Below are positions 8,178-15,578 of a stretch of DNA of 19,202 nucleotides, piece after piece. The notes below the pieces were generated by a model. The model was given only the letters and a program-made list of their open reading frames with translations, was not told the DNA's origin and searched no databases. The stretch's first letter is position 1. The number at the start of each line of letters is the position of its first letter. A program made the translations under genes and the position numbers. The stretch lies in the IMG/VR virus record IMGVR_UViG_2526164689_000024. The stretch is one strand, 5' to 3'. This DNA comes from a virus (lineage: Duplodnaviria; Heunggongvirae; Uroviricota; Caudoviricetes).

Positions 8178-8924
8178 ATGAAAAACATTGCGGCAGCCGG
8201 GGTTCTTGAACGTATTCGCAGACTTGCACCACAGGGGGCGGTTCCACCGTACCGGACGGTGGAGGAGTGGCGGGAATGGCCGCTTGCTGAAGGACGAAAA
8301 CGCAGCGAGGAGATTAACCGCCAGAATCGCCAGTTGCGGGTGGAAAAAATCCTGAATCGTTCGGGCATCCAGCCTCTGCACAGCAAATGCTCGTTTGCGA
8401 ATTATCAGGTGCAGAACGACGGGCAAAAACACGCGCTGAGCCAGGCAAAATCCATCGCTGACGAACTGATGACCGGGTGCACGAATTTTGTGTTCAGCGG
8501 TAAAACCGGCACCGGGAAAAATCACCTTGCAGCGGCGATGGGCAACCGGCTGATGGCGAAGGGGAGCAGCGTGATTATCGTCACCGTGTCTGACGTCATG
8601 AGTGTGTTGCATGACAGCTACGACAACGGCCAGTCCGGGGAAAAATTTTTACAGGAGCTTTGCGGGGTTGATTTGCTGGTCCTGGATGAAATAGGCGTTC
8701 AGCGTGAGACGAAAAACGAGCAGGTGGTATTGCACCAGATAATTGATCGCCGGACAGCATCACTGTGCAGTGTCGGGATGTTAACAAACCTGAATCATGC
8801 CGCAATGAGTACGCTTCTCGGTGAGAGGATTATGGACCGCATGACCATGAACGGTGGTCGATGGGTGACGTTTAACTGGGATAGCTGGCGTCCAAATGTC
8901 AGCAATCAGAGGGTTGTGAAGTAA
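8178..8924 (+). CDS. DnaC-like helicase loader (IstB-like AAA+ ATPase)
   Basis: 248 aa; Walker A GKTGTGKNHLAAA, Walker B LLVLDEIG; directly downstream of the O-like gene. Confidence 0.8.
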   Translation: MKNIAAAGVLERIRRLAPQGAVPPYRTVEEWREWPLAEGRKRSEEINRQNRQLRVEKILNRSGIQPLHSKCSFANYQVQNDGQKHALSQAKSIADELMTGCTNFVFSGKTGTGKNHLAAAMGNRLMAKGSSVIIVTVSDVMSVLHDSYDNGQSGEKFLQELCGVDLLVLDEIGVQRETKNEQVVLHQIIDRRTASLCSVGMLTNLNHAAMSTLLGERIMDRMTMNGGRWVTFNWDSWRPNVSNQRVVK

Positions 8925-8945
8925 TTTTTGTCGGAGGACGTTTTA

Positions 8946-9671
8946 ATGGAAACCGTATTTGACGCACTGAAAGCACTGAAAAAAGCCTCTTCACAGGTAG
9001 TGGCATCGCGCCTTGGAATCAGCCGTGAAGAGGCGGTCAACGAACTGTGGAAACTGAAGCGCCGCGGTGAAGCGGATAACAAGGGGTCGATGTGGTGGCT
9101 GACTCAGGCTGGTGAAAGTGAATCGGTGTCACCGGTACCGAAAGTGACTGCGCAAATGCTGACAGAGGCGATTGAACAACATGGCCCACAAACGGCGGAT
9201 GAACTGGCACTGATGTTCGGAATTACCTCCCGCCGGGCGAATTCATCGCTGGCAATGGCAATCAGCAAAGGGCGTCTGATTCGCGTGAATCAGGGCGGTA
9301 AATTTCGTTACTGCATGCCGGGCGATAATTTACCAGCAGAGCCGGAAGCGGCATCCGCAGCGGAAACGGATGGTAAAGCCTTTCCTCAGCCAGCAGGAGT
9401 TGCGTTACCAGTCCAGGAAACGACGACACAGGAAGAAATGAAAACAGAAATCGAGGAAGACATTGTGAAATTACAGCCATCGGTCACCGAAACGAAAGCA
9501 GATGACCTGATTCTACCATCGCTGCATGTGGCTAACCGCGAACTGCGCCGGGCGAAAAGTGATGTCCAGAAGTGGGAACGAGTCTGTGCCGCGTTGCGGG
9601 AGTTGAACAAGCACCGGGATATTGTTCGGCAGATTGTCGATTCATCCGGTCGTATTGTGTCGGAAAAGTGA
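8946..9671 (+). CDS. hypothetical phage protein with two predicted winged-helix segments and a C-terminal coiled coil (DUF1627-like)
   Basis: ATG at 8946 with GGAGG 8 nt upstream (track start 8928 is TTG); 241 aa; family guess from memory. Confidence 0.5.
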   Translation: METVFDALKALKKASSQVVASRLGISREEAVNELWKLKRRGEADNKGSMWWLTQAGESESVSPVPKVTAQMLTEAIEQHGPQTADELALMFGITSRRANSSLAMAISKGRLIRVNQGGKFRYCMPGDNLPAEPEAASAAETDGKAFPQPAGVALPVQETTTQEEMKTEIEEDIVKLQPSVTETKADDLILPSLHVANRELRRAKSDVQKWERVCAALRELNKHRDIVRQIVDSSGRIVSEK

Positions 9672-9686
9672 TTGCCGGAGGCGCTT

Positions 9687-10082
9687 ATGGCGAAACCTTT
9701 TACACACGAACAGCGTGAAGAACTGAAGGCCCGAATTATCGGGTTGGTACGCAAAAATGAACGCATGACGATATCACAACTGGAGAGAGCGACGGGAGCA
9801 GGCTGGCATTCAGTCAGACGTTGCCTTGTGGATGTACTGGCTTGTGGCGATTTATACATGTCCGGTAAATACGGTGTTTTTGCATCTGAACAGGTGTATC
9901 GCGTATGGCGTAAGACACCGGAGAAAACAACTGACCAGACATTGATTCGAAAGTTACCAGACGGAGAAATACGCCGCTATGACAGGCATAAGAACATAAT
10001 TTGCTGTGAGTGCCGAAATAGCGAAGTCATGCAGCGTGTACTGGCGTTCTGTCAGGGTAATTTTCAGGAGGTGATGGAGTGA
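9687..10082 (+). CDS. hypothetical small protein, N-terminal wHTH-like
   Basis: ATG at 9687 with GGAGG upstream (track start 9672 is TTG); 131 aa; MTISQLERATGAGWHSVRRCL helix-turn-helix-like. Confidence 0.5.
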   Translation: MAKPFTHEQREELKARIIGLVRKNERMTISQLERATGAGWHSVRRCLVDVLACGDLYMSGKYGVFASEQVYRVWRKTPEKTTDQTLIRKLPDGEIRRYDRHKNIICCECRNSEVMQRVLAFCQGNFQEVME

Positions 10083-10381
10083 GGGTGAGAATTTATATCG
10101 CTGGTCCGATGACGGGATATGAAAATTTCAACCGTGATGCGTTTCACAAGGCGGAAGAAGCGCTGAAACGGGAAGGGCATACCGTTTTAAACCCGGCAGT
10201 ACTTCCGGACGGGCTGACTCAGCCACATTACATGGATATTTGCATGGCAATGATTCGTTGTGTGGATGCGGTTTACATGCTGAAAGGCTGGCAGCAGTCG
10301 GCAGGTGCAAGGGCTGAGCTGGCACTGGCGGAGAAACTGGGCCATGCGGTGATTTTTCAGGAGGTGGGCAGTGAATATTGA
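10079..10381 (+). CDS. DUF4406-like protein (nucleoside 2-deoxyribosyltransferase-like fold)
   Basis: 100 aa; IYIAGPMTG near the N-terminus and GW..S.G...E motif, typical of NDT-like Rossmann proteins; GTG start overlapping the upstream stop. Confidence 0.55.
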   Translation: MRVRIYIAGPMTGYENFNRDAFHKAEEALKREGHTVLNPAVLPDGLTQPHYMDICMAMIRCVDAVYMLKGWQQSAGARAELALAEKLGHAVIFQEVGSEY

Positions 10382-10688
10382 CCCGGCGATAACGATTGAT
10401 ATGGCCCTGAACACCGGCCTGGCGCTTCTTGGTTATTTCTACATCATGTTCTGCAGCGGACGATGGCTGTCACTGTTGTTCATGAAAAAATGGAATAAAC
10501 GCCGTAAGCAGGAGCAACGCCAGAAGGCAATGGATGCATTTTTCGAAGCCTTCGGGATTGACAGTATGGAACCAGGGGATCCAGCTCGCGCAATCAGCAG
10601 AGGGGGCGTAGTAATCCTTGTATATCGGAGTGAAGAGAAAAATGACGATCACAAGACAACGTGTAGAAGAAATCATATCCCGCATTGA
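10371..10688 (+). CDS. small membrane protein (one TM helix plus basic tail)
   Basis: GTG start with GGAGG 8 nt upstream; TM segment ALNTGLALLGYFYIMFCSGRWLSLLF; overlaps neighbours at both ends, so start and extent are uncertain. Confidence 0.35.
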   Translation: MNIDPAITIDMALNTGLALLGYFYIMFCSGRWLSLLFMKKWNKRRKQEQRQKAMDAFFEAFGIDSMEPGDPARAISRGGVVILVYRSEEKNDDHKTTCRRNHIPH

Positions 10689-10935
10689 AATGTATGGGCA
10701 TGGTGCAGGGTATACCGCAGACGAGGTTAATGATCTGGCTGTACTGGCGCTGAATTTATCAAATATCGCGAACCTGAAGCGATACGAGCTTGATATGGGA
10801 GGTTGCGACTCGTGTGGTCAGGATTGTGGCGCAGATATGACTGAAGATCCTGATGGTGATTATGTCCTGTTTGATGACGTGGTTAAGTTGTTTGAATTTG
10901 ATACAACCACTCAAAAGTTAGAAATCCCGGCATAA
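10642..10935 (+). CDS. hypothetical phage protein
   Basis: ATG at 10642 with GGAG upstream; 97 aa; acidic, contains GGCDSCGQDCG. Confidence 0.45.
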   Translation: MTITRQRVEEIISRIEMYGHGAGYTADEVNDLAVLALNLSNIANLKRYELDMGGCDSCGQDCGADMTEDPDGDYVLFDDVVKLFEFDTTTQKLEIPA

Positions 10936-10946
10936 GGAGGCTGCCA

Positions 10947-11552
10947 GTGAGCAAGATTGACTATCAGGTACTGCGTGAAAAGGCAGAAAAAGCAACGTGT
11001 GGTGAGTGGTCTCTCGAATATGGAGAGAGCCGATTTGATGGTGATGATGCACTAATTCATCGCGAGGCTGCTGGATATATTCCCATTTGCAGAATTGAAG
11101 GAGCGCATCCTGAAAGCGGTTTCGATGAAGATTTCCAAATGGAACAGCAGGCCAATGCTGAATTCATAGCAGAGGCCAATCCGGCTACTGTGCTGGTACT
11201 GCTGGATGAACTGGAAGCCGCAGAGAAGCGCAACGCAAAATTACAAAGCGAGAATGCATACATCCGCAACCGGTACAAAGAACTGGACCTATTAATCGGG
11301 AAAAACATTCTTGTCATGCAGGCTGCGATTATCGAATGGCAGGCAACTGGCGACGCTAAAAGCGGACTGGCATGGATTTATAGCACACTGTTTGGCCCAG
11401 GCGAGTTGCCGGACGAATCTGAGAAAGATGCTCAGGCCTACTTTAATCGCAAATATGCACCGATTGACGAAAAGCTTATGGCGCTTCACAAGTGGTTTTG
11501 GGAACAAAGTGAAGCCGAGCGCGCTGCTGGCATTCGCATCAAAGGAGAGTGA
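10947..11552 (+). CDS. Ead/Ea22-like family protein
   Basis: 201 aa; GTG start with AAGGAGG 6 nt upstream; NPATVLVLLDELEAAEKRNAKLQSEN coiled-coil block typical of Ead/Ea22-like prophage proteins (from memory). Confidence 0.5.
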   Translation: MSKIDYQVLREKAEKATCGEWSLEYGESRFDGDDALIHREAAGYIPICRIEGAHPESGFDEDFQMEQQANAEFIAEANPATVLVLLDELEAAEKRNAKLQSENAYIRNRYKELDLLIGKNILVMQAAIIEWQATGDAKSGLAWIYSTLFGPGELPDESEKDAQAYFNRKYAPIDEKLMALHKWFWEQSEAERAAGIRIKGE

Positions 11553-11553
11553 T

Positions 11554-11877
11554 ATGAGCGCTATTACCAAAGAGCGACTGCTGACAATCAGGCAGTGGCG
11601 CGAAACATACGTACCTGGTAGCAACGTTGTACTGCCAGCAGAAGAAGCGGAAGAACTGGCACGGATTGCTCTGGCATCGCTGGAAGCAGAACCGGTTGGT
11701 AAATTGCATGAATACAAACCAGTGGAGTATCAACGTTCGGTCTACGAGTTAACCATGCTGGTAAAGCAGTTAGCCAGGCATCTGAAGAAAGCGAAGTTGG
11801 ACTGCAAATTACCGGATAAGGCGATGGACTATCTGAAGCGAAATGGACTGATAAGTGTGGAGGATGTTTTACGATGA
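11554..11877 (+). CDS. hypothetical phage protein
   Basis: ATG at 11554 (in frame with track ORF 11311..11877) preceded by AAAGGAGAG; 107 aa. Confidence 0.45.
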   Translation: MSAITKERLLTIRQWRETYVPGSNVVLPAEEAEELARIALASLEAEPVGKLHEYKPVEYQRSVYELTMLVKQLARHLKKAKLDCKLPDKAMDYLKRNGLISVEDVLR

Positions 11878-11957
11878 ACTGGCCTGAAGCCTTTGCAATT
11901 ACAGGCGTTGCTATGGCTATCGCTTTTTTAGTATATGTTATTTGTCGGTGGGGGTAA
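11874..11957 (+). CDS. tiny hydrophobic peptide (27 aa)
   Basis: hand-translated MNWPEAFAITGVAMAIAFLVYVICRWG; ATG overlaps the upstream TGA (ATGA); GGAGG 10 nt upstream; below track length cut-off. Confidence 0.3.
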   Translation: MNWPEAFAITGVAMAIAFLVYVICRWG

Positions 11958-11992
11958 AAACGTTCGCCGGGATTAACACCAAAGGAGGGAAT

Positions 11993-12097
11993 ATGTCGGA
12001 TGATATATCACTGGCAATGGAAGGTGCGCTGGCTGTTGTTGCTGTTGTGGGCGTTTACTGCCTGGTTGTGTTTTTGATGGATCGACTAGGGAACTGA
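11993..12097 (+). CDS. tiny hydrophobic peptide (34 aa)
   Basis: hand-translated MSDDISLAMEGALAVVAVVGVYCLVVFLMDRLGN; strong SD AAAGGAGGG 4-5 nt upstream; one predicted TM helix. Confidence 0.35.
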   Translation: MSDDISLAMEGALAVVAVVGVYCLVVFLMDRLGN

Positions 12098-12105
12098 ATT
12101 CATTA

Positions 12106-12127
12106 CGATATGGGAATTCCCATATCG
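12106..12127. repeat. perfect 22-bp palindrome CGATATGGGAATTCCCATATCG
   Basis: read directly; 11-bp arms centred on GAATTC; 8 bp after the stop of the 34-aa ORF, no flanking T-run. Confidence 0.85.
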
Positions 12128-12343
12128 GGTAAAAACGGTTTGCGGTAAAGCGAGAGTTAAGTAGAATTGCTGCGGGTGCTTGAGGCTATCTGCCTCAGGC
12201 ATGAACACCAAAAGGCAGATAGAGAAAAGCCCCAGTTAACATTACGCGTCCTGCAAGACGCTTAACATTAATCTGAGGCCCAATCTATGTCTCACAAATG
12301 TAGGTTAGCCTCTTACGTGCCGAAAGGCAAGGAGAAGCAGGCT

Positions 12344-12499
12344 ATGAAGCAGCAAAAGGCGATGTTAATCGCCCTGATCGTCATCTGTTTAACCGTCATA
12401 GTGACGGCACTGGTAACGAGGAAAGACCTCTGCGAGGTACGAATCCGAACCGGCCAGACGGAGGTCGCTGTCTTCACAGCTTACGAACCTGAGGAGTAA
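12344..12499 (+). CDS. hokD: Hok/Gef-family type I toxin (HokD/RelF-like)
   Basis: 51 aa MKQQKAMLIALIVICLTVIVTALVTRKDLCEVRIRTGQTEVAVFTAYEPEE, matches recalled K-12 HokD; an in-frame upstream ATG at 12287 would give 70 aa; leader contains a 10-bp inverted repeat. Confidence 0.8.
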   Translation: MKQQKAMLIALIVICLTVIVTALVTRKDLCEVRIRTGQTEVAVFTAYEPEE

Positions 12500-12567
12500 G
12501 AGACCCGGCGGGGGAGAAATCCCTCGCCACCGCTGATGTGTCAGGCATCCTCAACGCACCCGCACTT

Positions 12568-12596
12568 AACCCGCTTCGGCGGGTTTTGTTTTTCTG
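12568..12596 (+). terminator. rho-independent terminator at hok mRNA 3' end
   Basis: AACCCGC-ttcg-GCGGGTT stem followed by TTGTTTTT. Confidence 0.7.
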
Positions 12597-12665
12597 GTCG
12601 TTCTGGTTTACAATCCATCCGTCAGCCTGAACAACTGGCACCTGCTGCGCCAGCAGAGAAAACAG

Positions 12666-12944
12666 ATGGCGCACGATACCAAATTTTACAATTCGGATAA
12701 CTCTGCCGCCCCTGCCAGCAGGCACGGGCGGCGTTCCCGCACTTTCAAATCTGACTGGTTCCAGCATCCCCCATGCACTGAAGAACAGGCCGAGTGGCTA
12801 ATTCAGTGCTACCGCAGACACGGATACGAGATTAAGAAAGCCCTCAGCCTCGATTATCGTCACTGGATAATCTCCGTCAGGCTTCCTTACTCCGAACGAC
12901 CACCGCGTCCGTCCCGCACATTCCAGCAACGCATCTGGAGGTAA
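12666..12944 (+). CDS. hypothetical small basic protein
   Basis: 92 aa from track; stop 1 nt before the GTG start of the next gene; no recognisable motif. Confidence 0.45.
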   Translation: MAHDTKFYNSDNSAAPASRHGRRSRTFKSDWFQHPPCTEEQAEWLIQCYRRHGYEIKKALSLDYRHWIISVRLPYSERPPRPSRTFQQRIWR

Positions 12945-12945
12945 C

Positions 12946-14001
12946 GTGCGGGTATTACTTCGACCTGTTCTGGTACCGGAACTCGGGCTGGTGATCGTTA
13001 AGCCGGGCCGTGAATCCATGCCGGTATTCCACAATACCCGGGTACTGGTGGAGCCGGAACCGAAAAGCATGCGTAATCTGCCGTCCGGGGTCGTTCCTGC
13101 CGTTCGCCAGCCGCTGGCGGAGGATAAATCATTACTGCCATTTTTCAGCGACGAACGAGTGATTCGTGCTGCTGGTGGCGCTGGCGCATTGTCTGACTGG
13201 TTACTGCGCCATGTTAAATCCTGCCAGTGGCCACACGGTGATTATCACCACAGTGAAACCGTCATTCACCGTTATGGTACCGGCGCAATGGTGTTGTGCT
13301 GGCACTGCGACAACCAGCTGCGCGACCAGACCTCCGAATCACTCGGGCAACTTGCTCACCAAAACCTGTCTGCATGGATGATTGACGTCATACGCCATGC
13401 AATGAATGGCTCGCAGGAACGGGAATTATCGCTGGCTGAATTATCCTGGTGGGCGGTCCGCAATCAGGTGGCGGACGCGCTACCGGAAGCGGTATTACGT
13501 CGTTCGCTGGGGTTGCGTGCGGAAAAAATCCGCTCAATGTACCGTGAAAGCGACATCGTACCGGGAGAGCAGACCGCCACCAGCATACTGAAGCAGCGCA
13601 CAAAAAATCTTGCGCCGCTGCCTCACGTCCACCAGCAAAACCCGCCACAGGAAAAGACGGTGGTCAGCATTGCCGTTGATCCGGAGTCACCGGCTCAGTA
13701 TCTCCAGCGCCAGAAACCACAACGGGAAGAGATGCCTGTATACACGCGCTGGGTAAAAACGCAGAAATGCATGACGTGCGGTAATCAGGCAGATGATCCG
13801 CATCACATCATTGGTCATGGACTGGGAGGGATGGGAACAAAGGCTGATGATTTGTTTGTTATTCCGCTGTGCCGTAAATGCCATAGCGAACTACACGCCG
13901 GGGTAAAAGATTTTGAAGAAAAACACGGCAGCCAGCTGTTGTTGCTGATTCGTTTTTTAATGCACGCGAGAAATTCGGGTGTTCTGAAGTGGAAAGCATA
14001 A
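12946..14001 (+). CDS. DUF968-like protein with C-terminal HNH-like zinc-finger motif (YdfU-like)
   Basis: 351 aa; GTG start with GGAGG 5 nt upstream; C-terminal CMTCGNQADDPHHIIGHGLGG...PLCRKCHSELH; size and position match recalled Qin YdfU. Confidence 0.6.
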   Translation: MRVLLRPVLVPELGLVIVKPGRESMPVFHNTRVLVEPEPKSMRNLPSGVVPAVRQPLAEDKSLLPFFSDERVIRAAGGAGALSDWLLRHVKSCQWPHGDYHHSETVIHRYGTGAMVLCWHCDNQLRDQTSESLGQLAHQNLSAWMIDVIRHAMNGSQERELSLAELSWWAVRNQVADALPEAVLRRSLGLRAEKIRSMYRESDIVPGEQTATSILKQRTKNLAPLPHVHQQNPPQEKTVVSIAVDPESPAQYLQRQKPQREEMPVYTRWVKTQKCMTCGNQADDPHHIIGHGLGGMGTKADDLFVIPLCRKCHSELHAGVKDFEEKHGSQLLLLIRFLMHARNSGVLKWKA

Positions 14002-14367
14002 ATGACTGAACGCATAGAATTTGTTTTGCCTTACCCGCCAACGGTGAACACTTACTGGCGTCGTCGTGGCAGCACATATTTTGTATCAAAAGCCGGGGAG
14101 CGTTATCGCCGGGCAGTGGCGCTTATTGTTCGCCAGCAGCGGCTGAAATTAAGCCTGTCCGGAAGGTTGGCAATAAAAATTATTGCAGAACCACCGGATA
14201 AGCGCCGCCGTGACCTGGACAATATCCTGAAAGCACCACTGGATGCGTTGACGCATGCCGGACTTCTCATAGACGACGAGCAGTTTGATGAAATCAATAT
14301 TGTGCGCGGTCAGCTCGTTCCTGGTGGGCGGCTGGGCGTGAAGATTTACAAAATTGAGAGTGAGTGA
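14002..14367 (+). CDS. rusA: RusA Holliday junction resolvase
   Basis: 121 aa; MTERIEFVLPYPPTVNTYW...RRRDLDNILKAPLDALTHAGLLIDDEQ is the RusA family signature; ATG abuts the upstream stop. Confidence 0.85.
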   Translation: MTERIEFVLPYPPTVNTYWRRRGSTYFVSKAGERYRRAVALIVRQQRLKLSLSGRLAIKIIAEPPDKRRRDLDNILKAPLDALTHAGLLIDDEQFDEINIVRGQLVPGGRLGVKIYKIESE

Positions 14368-14375
14368 TCGTAAAT

Positions 14376-14918
14376 ATGATATACCCGGAAATTACAGGCA
14401 AAAGCGGCGAGCATTTACGTCTAAAAACGCTGGAAGCCGTCTGGATCCAGGGGAAATTACGGATGTGGGGGCGTTGGTCGTATATAGGTGGTAGCAAAAC
14501 AGGAAATATGTTCAATCAGTTGCTGGCATCCAAAAAACTGACAAAAACCGCAATCAATGAAGCCCTGCGTAGAATCAGGGAGTCAGGGATTGATAAACCA
14601 GAGCTGGAAGCATTCTTGCGAGAGATGATCGCTGGCAGACAGAAGAGCTGGTTGTCTCACTGTACTGATGCAGAGGCGTTACGCATTGATGGGGTGATAA
14701 GTAAAGCGCTTGCACGTTATCCTGGATTGATTGATATCCTGCGGCAAAGATACGAAGGGCGGGGGATGAGTAAACGCAAAATGGCTGAATTGTTGAATGA
14801 GGTTCACCCTGAGTGGTGCTATGCAACATGCCGCAATCGTATAGATATGTGGCTGAGAATAGCTGAGTTTATTCTGTATCCACTGATGCGAGATGCATTT
14901 TCTTTTACTGACGCTTAG
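14376..14918 (+). CDS. putative late-gene antiterminator (Q-like)
   Basis: about 180 aa (ATG 14376; track GTG at 14364 overlaps rusA stop); directly after rusA and followed by a noncoding stretch ending in a strong terminator, the PR'-qut-tR' arrangement; no Q motif verified. Confidence 0.4.
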   Translation: MIYPEITGKSGEHLRLKTLEAVWIQGKLRMWGRWSYIGGSKTGNMFNQLLASKKLTKTAINEALRRIRESGIDKPELEAFLREMIAGRQKSWLSHCTDAEALRIDGVISKALARYPGLIDILRQRYEGRGMSKRKMAELLNEVHPEWCYATCRNRIDMWLRIAEFILYPLMRDAFSFTDA

Positions 14919-15083
14919 AATCTGGAGGGCGTTTGTTGTTGCACGAAGAGGATTTTTGGCTGGTAGTAAGGTTTGTGCAGTTTTAGAAAAAAAGCTTGTA
15001 TTTTTAGCCATAAACTGTTTCAATCCAGCTACGCTTCGCAAAGCTGTACCGCGAGGCGAATAGCAGACATGGACACCTGAAAG

Positions 15084-15107
15084 AACCCGCTTTATGCGGG
15101 TTTTTTT
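15084..15107 (+). terminator. rho-independent terminator (tR'-like) about 170 nt downstream of the Q-like gene
   Basis: AACCCGC-tttat-GCGGGTT stem followed by T7. Confidence 0.75.
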
Positions 15108-15230
15108 ATGCCTGAAAAACGGCACAGAACATTAAACGCGCTGGTAGTTGTGAATACTGGTCTTTCAGCTTGCTGGCTTTTTCGACAAGAGGTATTGGTA
15201 TGTCACGTTAACCAGAAAAGGGAAAAAGGC

Positions 15231-15428
15231 ATGCTAAAACAGCAGGATATGACCGAAACCGCCAGAGTGGTGTTTAATGAATTAAGCGTCACCGAACCGG
15301 CGACCGTCGGGGAAATTGCGCAGAATACTTACCTTTCACGCGAACGCTGCCAGTTAATACTGACTCAGCTTGTTATGGCGGGTCTGGCAGATTATCAGTT
15401 CGGTTGTTACAGACGCCTTCCGCAGTGA
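15231..15428 (+). CDS. small winged-helix-like protein
   Basis: 65 aa from internal ATG of track ORF 15108..15428; ATVGEIAQNTYLSRERCQLILTQLVMAGL resembles a wHTH recognition segment. Confidence 0.4.
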   Translation: MLKQQDMTETARVVFNELSVTEPATVGEIAQNTYLSRERCQLILTQLVMAGLADYQFGCYRRLPQ

Positions 15429-15578
15429 AGGCTTTTTAATTTGTGGTAATGGGCGGCTGGTGGGTGTTAGCGGCACCTGCCAGCCATCTGCTCATGCGTT
15501 GGGGTCACAAGCAAACCTCAGGCCCATCTGCTTTGCGCAAAAGCGGCATGAGCCTATCAGAGAAGTGCTTATTGATCT

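Noticed and set aside
7460-8612. Minus-strand ORFs of 164, 88, 235 and 87 aa opposite the O-like and DnaC-like genes
   Set aside because: Antisense to two strongly supported replication genes; Arg/Pro/His-rich translations characteristic of GC-rich antisense frames.
11900-12340. RelB/RelE toxin-antitoxin pair upstream of hok, as in K-12 Qin
   Set aside because: No ORFs of the expected size or character (about 79 and 95 aa) are present; only the two tiny hydrophobic ORFs and the hok leader.
12568-15107. Identical terminator stems (AACCCGC/GCGGGTT) at 12568-12585 and 15084-15102 as a possible dispersed repeat
   Set aside because: Only 7-bp arms with different loops and flanks; most likely convergent GC-rich terminator stems rather than a mobile or recombinogenic repeat.
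15108-15230. N-terminal extension of track ORF 15108..15428 (MPEKRHRTLN...)
   Set aside because: The extension starts inside the tR'-like terminator T-run; the internal ATG at 15231 with a purine-rich upstream stretch is more plausible.
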